Assembly (NCBI GenBank): GCA_900234795.1 | Contig: LT962688.1 | Coordinates: 4,590,001 to 4,622,000 of the forward strand | DNA: 32,000 nt | Direction of reading: 5' to 3' | Source: Methylorubrum extorquens | GTDB lineage: Bacteria; Pseudomonadota; Alphaproteobacteria; Rhizobiales; Beijerinckiaceae | Shown: piece by piece, positions 9,740-20,173 of the stretch | Layout: every line of letters begins with the position of its first letter | Numbering within the stretch: position 1 is the first letter of the stretch | Made by a program: the position numbers and the translations under genes | The notes under the pieces: generated by a model | Told to the model about the DNA's origin: nothing | What the model saw: the letters and a program-made list of their open reading frames with translations, nothing else | Databases searched by the model: none

Positions 9740-9923
9740 CCTGTGCGGCGTCAGGTTGTCGTCGTGCGCCCCGCCCATCGTCGTCCCGTTCCGCTTCGAC
9801 CCAGCGCCTCGATGTCACGACGGGCGCGCTGCGCGCCGGTTGATTCGGCTTTCGCTTGCGCGCAACCGAAGCTCCCGAATTACGCCGTTACCGTGGCGGC
9901 TTGACCGGGGTATGACGGGATCA

Positions 9924-9941
9924 GTTTCTTACAAATGAAAC
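9924..9941. promoter_or_regulatory. inverted repeat GTTTC-N8-GAAAC in the AT-rich region upstream of the RND operon
   Basis: Perfect 5+5 inverted repeat inside the only AT-rich stretch (about 9921-9990) of the lepA / adaptor-gene intergenic region. Candidate operator; no regulator gene is visible in the window. Confidence 0.25.
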
Positions 9942-10111
9942 AACGGCACTGATTTTACGCGCAGGCGGGATTTTTTTCGATTGTTGCTCGTGTGGCGTCC
10001 TCGCCGTGGCCGCGAGGCGGTGAAGCGAACCCATCGCGCGACGTCTCCGGAGAGAGGAGCCCGGATCGTTTCGGCCCCGCCTCGCGACGGCGAGGAAAGG
10101 AGGCGAGCCCG

Positions 10112-11917
<1,806 letters not shown>

Positions 11918-12077
11918 CGGGGTCTCCGGCACGGCGGTCCCGTCGCGGGGCTGACGCGGCGCACGGCAGGTTTGTCGGGATTGTCCGGGGCGGAGATAGC
12001 AGCGGCGGGCACGCACGCCAAGGCGGGGGTGCGCCGCGCGCTTACCGTTGTTGGCGCCGCGTGCCCGCCGAACGGAT

Positions 12078-12893
12078 TCAGGTCGGCACGTCGGGACCGG
12101 GTGCGGCCTTCGCCGCGGAGCCGGCCCGCGCTGCGGCCGCCATTGCCACGAGGCTCTTGCGCAAGGCGCCCATGTCGCGCACCGGCTCGGGGTAGGGCAC
12201 CCGCGCCGTGCGCTCGCCGGCCATCAGGTCGAGCCCCTCCGGGTCGAGCCCGGTGAGCCGCCAGCCGCTACCGGGCTCGCCGGCGCCCGCGGCGTAGAGG
12301 GCGAGCGCGTCGGCGTGATCCGCGTTCATGTGCTCGACGGCGCCGCGCTCGCCCGCGACGATGGCCTCGGCGCCGGCCAGGTCGAGGAGCAGTTCCTGCG
12401 GCGTCAGGGTCGCCGCCTTGGCAAAGCCGCCGTTCAGGTGGCCGGCCGTGGGGGCGAGGGTGAAGAAGCCGAAATCGGGGAAGTCGGCGTAGAGCTTCGC
12501 CTTCGGGTGGCGGGCCAGGAAGCGCTCGCGGATCCGCGGCTCGTCGCAGCGCGCGGCGCGGCCCGTCACCGTCAGGCGCGGATGGGCCAGTGGATCGCCC
12601 TTGCCGCCCACCGAGAACAGCAGCGAGGCGCGCGGGTCGTGATCAAGGTTGCGCGTATGCGCCGAGAGACGCGAGAGCAGCATCACCGGCGTGCCGTCGC
12701 TGTCGGTGGCGAGGGTGACGAGGGAGGCGAAGGGGGTGCCGTCGGCCGCGTCGATCGTGGCGAGCGCGCCCGATCGCACGCTGCGCAGAAGATGCCGGGC
12801 AAGCCCGATCGCGTCGAACGGAGCTTCCGAGGCGGGCAACGGTTCGGCCGGCCGGCGCCGTTCCCCCGCGGGCGGCATCGCATCGTTGGCCAT
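12078..12893 (-). CDS. HugZ-family / pyridoxamine 5'-phosphate oxidase-like protein with DUF2470-type C-terminus
   Basis: [52 protein letters not shown]...RLTVTGRA, and C-terminal [28 protein letters not shown] 12893 is preceded by GGAGGAA. Confidence 0.75.
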   Translation of the reverse strand: MANDAMPPAGERRRPAEPLPASEAPFDAIGLARHLLRSVRSGALATIDAADGTPFASLVTLATDSDGTPVMLLSRLSAHTRNLDHDPRASLLFSVGGKGDPLAHPRLTVTGRAARCDEPRIRERFLARHPKAKLYADFPDFGFFTLAPTAGHLNGGFAKAATLTPQELLLDLAGAEAIVAGERGAVEHMNADHADALALYAAGAGEPGSGWRLTGLDPEGLDLMAGERTARVPYPEPVRDMGALRKSLVAMAAAARAGSAAKAAPGPDVPT

Positions 12894-13038
12894 GAAAGCA
12901 TTCCTCCCCAGTTTCGGGTCGGAGCATAGCGCGGCACGCGGCCGGTGCAGAAGGGTCCGCGGCACGGACGGGCGCGGCGCGTTGTCCGCCCTGCCGTCCG
13001 CCAAAGCTGTTTTGGCCGGCCGGCGCGGATGTCCACGA

Positions 13039-13059
13039 CGCTCCTCATGCTGAGGAGCG
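13039..13059. other. perfect 9-bp hairpin CGCTCCTCA-TGC-TGAGGAGCG
   Basis: Seen directly in the 400-bp divergent intergenic region between the HugZ-like gene and chvI. The arms read as SD-like and anti-SD-like sequences. Confidence 0.5.
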
Positions 13060-13291
13060 AGGCGATTGCCGAAGCCGTCCACGCAAAAACGCCCCTGCAG
13101 ACCCCTTGTCCGGGCCTGCCGACACGGCCAAGCTTAGACTGCCGCTCGCTTTTTTCGAACGATGGTCGTAAAGGACGAGACCCTCCGCACGGCTGGCGGT
13201 CCCCGATTTGCGGGTACCGAGCCTCGCCGTTGCGGGCCCCGCCAAGGACGCGCCAGGGGCGGCGCGCGCGCCGTCAAGTCAGGGAAACTGC

Positions 13292-14005
13292 ATGCCCACG
13301 ATCGCCCTCGTCGACGACGACCGCAACATCCTGACCTCCGTCTCGATCGCGCTGGAGACCGAGGGTTACCGCATCCAGACCTACACCGATGGCGCCTCGG
13401 CGCTGGACGGTCTGCGTCACTCCCCGCCCGATCTCGCCATCTTCGATATCAAGATGCCGCGCATGGACGGAATGGAGCTTCTCAGACGCCTGCGGCAGAA
13501 ATCGGACCTTCCCGTGATCTTTCTCACCTCGAAGGACGAGGAGATCGACGAGCTGTTCGGGCTCAAGATGGGTGCGGACGACTTCATCCATAAGCCGTTC
13601 TCGCAGCGCCTGCTGGTCGAGCGGGTGAAGGCGGTGCTGCGCCGCTTCGCCCCGAAGGACGCCACGCCGGGGGCGGCCGCCCGCGAGGCCGACGCCGCCG
13701 CCCGCTCGCTCGAGCGCGGCCAGCTGATGATGGACCCCGAGCGCCATACCTGCACCTGGAAGGGCGAGCCGGTGACCCTCACGGTCACCGAGTTCCTGAT
13801 CCTCCAGGCGCTGGCCCAGCGCCCCGGCGTCGTGAAGAGCCGCAACGCCCTGATGGACGCGGCCTACGACGATCAGGTCTATGTCGACGACCGCACCATC
13901 GACAGCCACATCAAGCGGCTGCGCAAGAAGTTCAAGGTGACGGACCAGAGCTTCGACATGATCGAGACGCTCTACGGCGTCGGCTACCGGTTCAAGGAGG
14001 GTTGA
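13292..14005 (+). CDS. chvI: OmpR-family response regulator, ChvI-type
   Basis: [34 protein letters not shown]...[21 protein letters not shown] receiver domain plus a winged-helix C-terminus (...[10 protein letters not shown]). Followed by a ChvG-type kinase, hprK, EIIA and npr, which is the conserved alphaproteobacterial synteny. Confidence 0.85.
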   Translation: MPTIALVDDDRNILTSVSIALETEGYRIQTYTDGASALDGLRHSPPDLAIFDIKMPRMDGMELLRRLRQKSDLPVIFLTSKDEEIDELFGLKMGADDFIHKPFSQRLLVERVKAVLRRFAPKDATPGAAAREADAAARSLERGQLMMDPERHTCTWKGEPVTLTVTEFLILQALAQRPGVVKSRNALMDAAYDDQVYVDDRTIDSHIKRLRKKFKVTDQSFDMIETLYGVGYRFKEG

Positions 14006-14033
14006 GGCGATTCCCCCGCGGTCCCGTCCGTCG

Positions 14034-15884
14034 ATGCTCGCCCCCCTGTCCCGCCAGCCCGATTCCGATGAGGTCCACGCCCGCCGCGGCGTCCTCGCGC
14101 GGCTCGTCGGCTCCCTCACCCGCCCGCCGCTGACCTGGCCGCGCGCCCTCTGGAACGCGGTCGGCCAGCGCGCCTCGTCGAGCCTGACGCGCCGAATCGT
14201 GGTGCTCAACCTCGTCGGGTTGATCGTCCTCCTGTTCGGCTTCCTCTACCTGAACCAGTTCCGTCAGGGGCTGATCCAGGCGCGGGTGCAGAGCCTGCTG
14301 ATCCAGGGCGACATCATCGCCGGTGCCATCGCCGCCCAGGCCTCCGTCGACACTGACACCATTCGCGTCGATCCGGACAAGCTCCTGCAGCAGCAGGCCG
14401 GCGAGGGCCGCGAGTTCGACGACGATCCCGCCTCGCTCGCCTTCTCGCTCAACCCCGAGAAGGTCGCACCGCTGCTGCGCCGCCTCGTGACCCCGACGGG
14501 CAACCGCGCCCGGGTCTATGACAGCGAGGGGAGCCTGCTGTTCGACACCCGCACGCTCTACGCCCGCGGCGACATCGGCCGCAGCGAGGCCGTGGTGAAG
14601 CCGCCCAAGCCCAACGTACTGGAGCGGATCTGGGACTTCGTCGGCACCCGCATCCTCGGCCTCGTCGTCAGTGAGCGCTCGGCCCAGGAGGAAGCGGGCC
14701 CGCAGGACGGGCGCGCCTTCCGCGAGGTCCAGGCGGCGCTCAAGGGCTCGCGCGGCACGATCTCCCGACGCAACGAGCGCGGCGAGACCATCGTCTCGGT
14801 GGCGGTGCCGATCCAGCGGGCGGGCTCCGTGCGCGGCGTGCTGATGGTCTCGACGCAGGGCGGCGACATCGACCGGGTGATCGCCTCCGAGCGCTTCGGC
14901 CTGCTCCAGGTGTTCCTCGTCGCGGCCGCCGTGATGCTGGTGCTGTCGATTCTGCTGGCGGGCGCCATTGCCGGGCCGGTGCGGCGCTTGGCCGACGCCG
15001 CCGAGCGGGTGCGCCGGGGCATCAAGTCGCGCCAGGAGATCCCGGATTTCACCAGCCGCACCGACGAGATCGGCCATCTCTCGGGCGCGCTGCGCGACAT
15101 GACCCAGGCGCTCTACCGGCGGCTCGATGCCATCGAGAGCTTCGCGGCCGATGTCAGCCACGAGTTGAAGAACCCGCTGACTTCGCTCCGCAGCGCGGTC
15201 GAGACCCTGCCGCTGGCCAAGACCGACGAATCGCGCGGCCGGCTGATGCAGATCATCCAGCACGACGTGAAGCGCCTCGACCGGCTGATCTCCGACATCT
15301 CCGACGCCTCCCGCCTCGACGCGGAGCTCGCCCGCGCCGAGGCGCGGCGGGTCGATCTCGGCAAGCTCCTGACCACCGTGACCTCGGTGGCGAACGAGCG
15401 GCGCCGCGCCAAGGCCGCGGTGATCCAGTTCGACATTGAGCGGCCGAGCGGCGAGATCGAGGACCCGTTCCGCATCATCGGCCACGACAGCCGCCTCGGA
15501 CAGGTCGTCAACAACCTGCTCGACAACGCCCGCTCGTTCTCCCCGCCCGGCGCCAAGGTGCGGGTGGCTTTGCGCCGCCTCAAGAACGAGGTCGAGTTCG
15601 TGGTCGAGGACGAGGGGCCGGGTATTCCCGAGCACGCGCTGGAGCGGATCTTCGAGCGCTTCTACACCGACCGGCCGGAACAGGGCTTCGGCCAGAATTC
15701 TGGGCTCGGCCTGTCGATCTCGCGGCAGATCATCCAGGCCCATCACGGCTCGATCCGCGCGGAGAACCGCCCAGGCCCGGCCGACGAGGAGGGGCACCCG
15801 ACGGTGCGCGGCGCCCGCTTCATCGTGCGCCTGCCCGTAGCCCCCCGGGCCGATCGCTACCGCGACGACGACCTCGCCGCATGA
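14034..15884 (+). CDS. chvG: sensor histidine kinase, ChvG/ExoS-type
   Basis: Two TM segments flanking a periplasmic domain, HAMP, H-box SHELKNPLTSLRSA, N/G boxes (NLLDNARSF, GLGLSISRQI). Its stop overlaps the hprK start (ATGA at 15881-15884). Confidence 0.85.
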   Translation: MLAPLSRQPDSDEVHARRGVLARLVGSLTRPPLTWPRALWNAVGQRASSSLTRRIVVLNLVGLIVLLFGFLYLNQFRQGLIQARVQSLLIQGDIIAGAIAAQASVDTDTIRVDPDKLLQQQAGEGREFDDDPASLAFSLNPEKVAPLLRRLVTPTGNRARVYDSEGSLLFDTRTLYARGDIGRSEAVVKPPKPNVLERIWDFVGTRILGLVVSERSAQEEAGPQDGRAFREVQAALKGSRGTISRRNERGETIVSVAVPIQRAGSVRGVLMVSTQGGDIDRVIASERFGLLQVFLVAAAVMLVLSILLAGAIAGPVRRLADAAERVRRGIKSRQEIPDFTSRTDEIGHLSGALRDMTQALYRRLDAIESFAADVSHELKNPLTSLRSAVETLPLAKTDESRGRLMQIIQHDVKRLDRLISDISDASRLDAELARAEARRVDLGKLLTTVTSVANERRRAKAAVIQFDIERPSGEIEDPFRIIGHDSRLGQVVNNLLDNARSFSPPGAKVRVALRRLKNEVEFVVEDEGPGIPEHALERIFERFYTDRPEQGFGQNSGLGLSISRQIIQAHHGSIRAENRPGPADEEGHPTVRGARFIVRLPVAPRADRYRDDDLAA

Positions 15885-16408
15885 GCGGGGAGGCTGCGCC
15901 GGAAAGCGAGCCGCCGCAGGAAACGGTGCAGGAGACGGTTTACGCGAGCTGCGTGCTCCTCGACGAGGCCGGCGTGCTGATCCGGGGGCCGTCCGGGTCG
16001 GGCAAGTCCGCGCTCTGCCTCGCGCTTCTCGACCGCTTCTTCCTGGAAGCTCGCCATGCCCGCCTCGTCGGCGACGACCGCATCCGGTTGGAGGCGCATC
16101 ACGGCCGCCTCGTGGCCCGGCCCCACCCGGCGCTCGCCGGCCTGATCGAGATCCGCGGCCTCGGCCTCCGTCGTCTGTCGGCACATGCACCGGCCGCGGT
16201 GCTGCGCCTCGTGGTCGATCTCGTGGCGGAGGCCGAGCGCCTTCCCGAGACCGCCGCGACCGCCATGCTCCTCGGCGTCGCGCTGCCCCGCCTCGCTCTT
16301 GAACCGCGCCATCCCCACGAATACCTGATCCGTGAGGCGCTTCGAGCCGGCGTGGCAATGCGGACGCACCCGGCGGCTCTTGTGCCCGGCGGTGCCCGCG
16401 ATGTGTAG
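15881..16408 (+). CDS. hprK: short HPr kinase/phosphorylase (C-terminal catalytic domain only)
   Basis: P-loop GPSGSGKSALCLALL and signature IEIRGLG. At 175 aa it lacks the N-terminal domain, as is typical of alphaproteobacterial HprK. Position directly after chvG. Confidence 0.8.
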   Translation: MSGEAAPESEPPQETVQETVYASCVLLDEAGVLIRGPSGSGKSALCLALLDRFFLEARHARLVGDDRIRLEAHHGRLVARPHPALAGLIEIRGLGLRRLSAHAPAAVLRLVVDLVAEAERLPETAATAMLLGVALPRLALEPRHPHEYLIREALRAGVAMRTHPAALVPGGARDV

Positions 16409-16533
16409 CGCGGCTGCCGCGGCCGTGTCATGGTGAGCCCGTTGTGTCGCGCAAAACGACGCGACCCGCTTGCGCTTCACCTTGCGCTGCACAAGATGGC
16501 GTCTCCGCTCACAGGGCGTTGGAACACGCTTCG

Positions 16534-16935
16534 ATGATTGGAATGGTGCTCGTCACACACGGGCTGTTAGCGACCGAGTTCAAGGCCGCCCTGGAGCATG
16601 TCGTCGGCCCTCAAAAGCAGGTCGAGACGATTACGATCGGCCCGGAGGACGACATGGAGCTGCGCCGCGGCGACATCATGTCCGCCGTCGGTCGGGTCAA
16701 CTCCGGTCAGGGCGTCGTGGTTCTCACGGACATGTTCGGCGGCACGCCGTCGAACCTCGCTTTGTCATGTATGAACGGCGGCCAAGTCGAGGTGGTCGCC
16801 GGGATCAATCTGCCGATGCTGATCAAGCTCGCCAGCGTGCGCGAGGCCGAGAGCCTGGGCGACGCCGTGCTCCACGCGCAGGAGGCGGGCCGCAAGTACA
16901 TCAACGTCGCCTCGCGGGTTCTTGCGGGCAAGTAG
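16534..16935 (+). CDS. PTS EIIA component, mannose-family type
   Basis: MIGMVLVTHGLLATEF... (phospho-His in VTHG), LTDMFGGTPSN. Start set at ATG 16534 rather than track start 16444. Confidence 0.8.
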   Translation: MIGMVLVTHGLLATEFKAALEHVVGPQKQVETITIGPEDDMELRRGDIMSAVGRVNSGQGVVVLTDMFGGTPSNLALSCMNGGQVEVVAGINLPMLIKLASVREAESLGDAVLHAQEAGRKYINVASRVLAGK

Positions 16936-16954
16936 CTTCTTGCGGGCAAGTAGC
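16919..16954 (+). repeat. perfect 18-bp tandem duplication TTCTTGCGGGCAAGTAGC x2 spanning the EIIA stop codon
   Basis: Bases 16919-16936 and 16937-16954 are identical. Each unit contains the hairpin CTTGC-GG-GCAAG and an in-frame TAG. Confidence 0.9.
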
Positions 16955-17087
16955 CCGGTCTCACACCCCGCACGGCCTTTTCTTCGCCCCGCTCCCGGCT
17001 TAACCACGTCGTCCCGCATCCGGAACGGCGCGCCTCGACGCGTCGCCGGTCCGCACCGAAGCGGCGGGGGAGGGAGTGCCAGGGGCG

Positions 17088-17411
17088 ATGGGAGAGAGTG
17101 TGGACGGCGAGGTCGAGCCGCAGCCGGAGGTGCCCGAGGGTGGCCTCGTCCGGATCTTGCCGATCATCAACCGCCGCGGCCTGCATGCCCGCGCCTCGGC
17201 CAAGTTCGTGCAGACGGTGGAGCGCTTCTCCGCCGCCGTGACCGTGACCCGCGGCGGCGAGACCGTCGGTGGGCGCTCGATCATGGGCCTGCTGACGCTG
17301 GGGGCGGCCAAGGGCACCTCCATCGCCGTGGTCGCCGTCGGCGGCGACGCGGACGCCGCCCTCGACGCGATCGAGGCGCTGCTCGCCGACAAATTCGGCG
17401 AGGACGAGTAG
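17088..17411 (+). CDS. ptsH: HPr-family phosphocarrier protein (NPr-like)
   Basis: INRRGLHARASAKFV (His-15 site) and GGRSIMGLLTLGA (Ser-46 site). ATG 17088 lies downstream of GGAGGGAG; GTG 17076 is an alternative start. Confidence 0.85.
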   Translation: MGESVDGEVEPQPEVPEGGLVRILPIINRRGLHARASAKFVQTVERFSAAVTVTRGGETVGGRSIMGLLTLGAAKGTSIAVVAVGGDADAALDAIEALLADKFGEDE

Positions 17412-17446
17412 TCCTCGGCCATTGCGTCTCGCGCGGCAGGGCGATT

Positions 17447-17697
17447 TTAAGCGCGACGGCGCCGGTCATGCGCGCGGGCGATGGCGTTGCTCATCGCCTC
17501 GTATGGTTCGTGCCAGACCAGCAACTCGCGCTGTCGCCGGTCGTGAAGTCCTCACTCAATCTGTCCCGATGCGCTGAGGCACGGCGCGGAAGCTTTGAGC
17601 TGACACCCATGTAGAGCGTCCCATCGCGGCACTGGCCATGATGTCGACGATAGGTCTCCGGCTCGATCGTGCCGCGGGTCAGACCGTTCCCGCGCAC
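17447..17697 (-). pseudogene. decayed GIY-YIG nuclease-family gene
   Basis: One frame reads ...GTLYMGVSSKLPRRASAHRDRLSEDFT. After a frame change the sequence continues RRQRELLVWHEPYEAMSNAIAREHDRRRRA*. Together these resemble the small alphaproteobacterial GIY-YIG proteins (GTLYIGVT..L.RR...HR.GL..GFT..YGV..LVW.E.Y....AI.REK). The N-terminal YxxIMAS region is in a third frame and the C-terminus is truncated. Confidence 0.6.
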
Positions 17698-17919
17698 AAT
17701 TCACGCGCACGTTGCTGCGTGAACGAGGCTGTCGCGGCGCTTCGCGGCGTCACACACGGATCCGAGACCGGTTGGCGGCCTGCGTCACTTTTATTCCCCA
17801 AGCTCTCCATTTTCTGAAGGGTTCGTTCATCGGGCGTTCCTAGACGAACGGCGATGGTGTGGCCGGAAGCCTGGCCGTTGGACCCATCCCAGGGTCCCTT
17901 ACGCCACCGACGTCGGACA

Positions 17920-19020
17920 ATGCCCTTGAAGATCGCCGTCATCGCCCATCTCAAGTTCCCGATTGGACAGCCCTATCTGGGCGGCCTCGAGATGCACACG
18001 CATCACTTGGCCGGTGCGCTGCGCGCCAGGGGGCACCGGGTCACGCTCTTCGCTTCGGAGGGCTCCGATCCGGCGCTGGTGCCGAACCCCGTCTGCCCGC
18101 CGACCGGCGACGCCCTGGGCGATCCCGTGGCCTGCGAGCGGATCGAGCGCGCCGAACTCGCGGCCTACGAGCGGATCATGGAAGCGGTCGCGCGCGGCGG
18201 TTTCGACATCGTGCACAACAACAGTCTGCACGACCTGCCGCTGCGGGCGAGCCATACGCTCCCCGTGCCGATGACGACGGCGCTGCACACACCGCCCTTC
18301 GAATCGCTGGCCGAGGGCGTACGCGCGGCCAAGCCAGGCATGATCTTCGCCGCCGTCTCGCCGTCCCTGGCGCAGGAATGGCAGCCGCTGGTGCCGGATG
18401 CCCGCGTCATCGGCAACGGCATCGACCTCTCGACCTTCGCCTTCAGCCCCAAGGCCGACCCGGCGGGCTACGTGTTCTGGAGCGGGCGGATCGTGCCGGA
18501 GAAGGGCACGCATCTGGCCATCGACGCGGCGCGCCGCGCCGGGATCCCCCTGCGCTTTGCCGGCCCGCAGCCGAACCCGCGCTACTGGAACGAGTGGATC
18601 GCCCCGCGTCTCGGAGCGGATGCGGCCTATGTCGGCCATCTCTCCCACCGGGAGCTGGCCCACCAGCTCGGCGGCGCGCGGGCGGCCATCGTCTCGCCGC
18701 GCTGGGAAGAACCGTTCGGCCTCGTCGTCGCCGAGGCGCTGGCCTGCGGCACCCCGGTCGCCGCCTTCGGCCGCGGCGCGATCCCCGACATCGTCGATCG
18801 CTTCTCCGGCGCGCTTGCCCCCGCCGACGACGTGGCGGCCCTGGCCCGTGCGATCCAGCGCGCCGTCGGCCTCGACCGCCGCGCCTGCCGCCGCCGAGCC
18901 GAGACACTCTACGACGCCCAGGTGATGACCGACGGCTACGAGGAGCTCTACCGCGAGGTGTTGGCCGGGGCCCCGGCTCAGAGCTCCCGCGCTGCCCTCT
19001 TCGAACGCCCGGCGGCCTGA
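17920..19020 (+). CDS. glycosyltransferase family 4 (GT-B)
   Basis: MPLKIAVIAHLKFPIGQPYLGGLEMHTHHLAGALRARGHRVTLF... and the E-x7-E region EEPFGLVVAEALACGTPV. Start ATG 17920. Confidence 0.85.
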   Translation: MPLKIAVIAHLKFPIGQPYLGGLEMHTHHLAGALRARGHRVTLFASEGSDPALVPNPVCPPTGDALGDPVACERIERAELAAYERIMEAVARGGFDIVHNNSLHDLPLRASHTLPVPMTTALHTPPFESLAEGVRAAKPGMIFAAVSPSLAQEWQPLVPDARVIGNGIDLSTFAFSPKADPAGYVFWSGRIVPEKGTHLAIDAARRAGIPLRFAGPQPNPRYWNEWIAPRLGADAAYVGHLSHRELAHQLGGARAAIVSPRWEEPFGLVVAEALACGTPVAAFGRGAIPDIVDRFSGALAPADDVAALARAIQRAVGLDRRACRRRAETLYDAQVMTDGYEELYREVLAGAPAQSSRAALFERPAA

Positions 19021-19024
19021 CACG

Positions 19025-20113
19025 ATGCCCGCGCCCTCCAGCCCGGCCGTCGTCTGCATCCCGGCCCGTAACGAGGCCGAGCGCCTGCCGCGCCTGCTGC
19101 GGGCGCTCGCCGCGCAGGAGGGGTTCTCGACGGCTGCCCCCCTGAAGGTCGTGATCGTCAGCAACAACTGCACCGACGGCACGGTCGAGGCGGTGCGCGC
19201 GCTCGAAAGCTCGGGCGCGCTCGACACCCTGGCGTTGCGCCTGATCGAGGCGACCTTCGCCCCGTCCGAGGCCCATGTTGGCACCGCCCGCCGCCGCGCC
19301 CTCGATGCGGGCGCCGAGTGGTTGGAGAGCGATGGCGCGCCGGACGGCGTACTGCTCACCACCGATGCCGATGCGCGGCTCGCCCCCGGCTGGGTCGCGG
19401 CGAACCTGCGCGCCTTGGAGAACGCCGAGATCGTCGGCGGCCGGCTCGTGATCGACGACGAAGAGGGGGCCGACCCCGCGCTCGCCATCTTCCACGCGCG
19501 GGTCGAGCGCTACTGGTCGGGTGTGCGCGCGCTCGAAGACGCCCTCGATCCGCCGCCCCACGACCCGGCGCCGCGCCATGGCGACCATACCGGCGGAAGT
19601 CTCGCGCTCCGGGCCTCGCTCTACCGCGCCGTCGGCGGTCTGCCGGCTCTGCCCCGCGGCGAGGACAACGCCCTGGTCGCCGCGGTCCAGCGGGCGGGTG
19701 GGCGCCTGCGCCACTGCCCCGCCGTGTCGGTGCTCGTCTCGGCTCGCACCGCCGGACGGGCCGAGGGCGGCATGGCAACCGAGATGCTGCGCCGTGCCCG
19801 CGTCGTGCGCGAGGGCGAGGCCTACCGGCTGCCGGTGGCCGCCCACTGGCAGCGGATCATCCTGCGCCGGGCCGCTTTGCGCCGCGCCTATCGCGAGGGC
19901 GCTGCGCCAGCCGCCCTGCACGCGCTCGGGCTCGACGCGGACGACCTCGCTGCCATCGACCCGGCCGCCTGCCCCAACGACATCGCCTTCGTCGAGCGGG
20001 CCCATGCCCGCCTGGACGCGCGGGGCGGCCCTGCGCCGGAATGCGGCCTCGACGAAGCGCTGGCGGACCTCGAAAACCTCGCCGCGGCCTTGGAGCGCGA
20101 TCAGGCGGCTTGA
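19025..20113 (+). CDS. glycosyltransferase family 2
   Basis: VVCIPARNEAERLPRLL...VVIVSNNCTDGT...LTTDADARL (DxD-like). The start is 4 nt after the GT4 stop. Confidence 0.8.
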   Translation: MPAPSSPAVVCIPARNEAERLPRLLRALAAQEGFSTAAPLKVVIVSNNCTDGTVEAVRALESSGALDTLALRLIEATFAPSEAHVGTARRRALDAGAEWLESDGAPDGVLLTTDADARLAPGWVAANLRALENAEIVGGRLVIDDEEGADPALAIFHARVERYWSGVRALEDALDPPPHDPAPRHGDHTGGSLALRASLYRAVGGLPALPRGEDNALVAAVQRAGGRLRHCPAVSVLVSARTAGRAEGGMATEMLRRARVVREGEAYRLPVAAHWQRIILRRAALRRAYREGAAPAALHALGLDADDLAAIDPAACPNDIAFVERAHARLDARGGPAPECGLDEALADLENLAAALERDQAA

Positions 20114-20173
20114 GAGCTGGCCTGTCGTCCTGGCGGTCTTGCCGCCTCGTGCCGCACGTTTCTCGGAGCTCGC

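Noticed and set aside
17679-17954. 91-aa minus-strand ORF upstream of and overlapping the GT4 start.
   Set aside because: It has no SD, mixed codon bias, and overlaps the well-supported GT4 start region. It is probably promoter or leader DNA for the GT operon.
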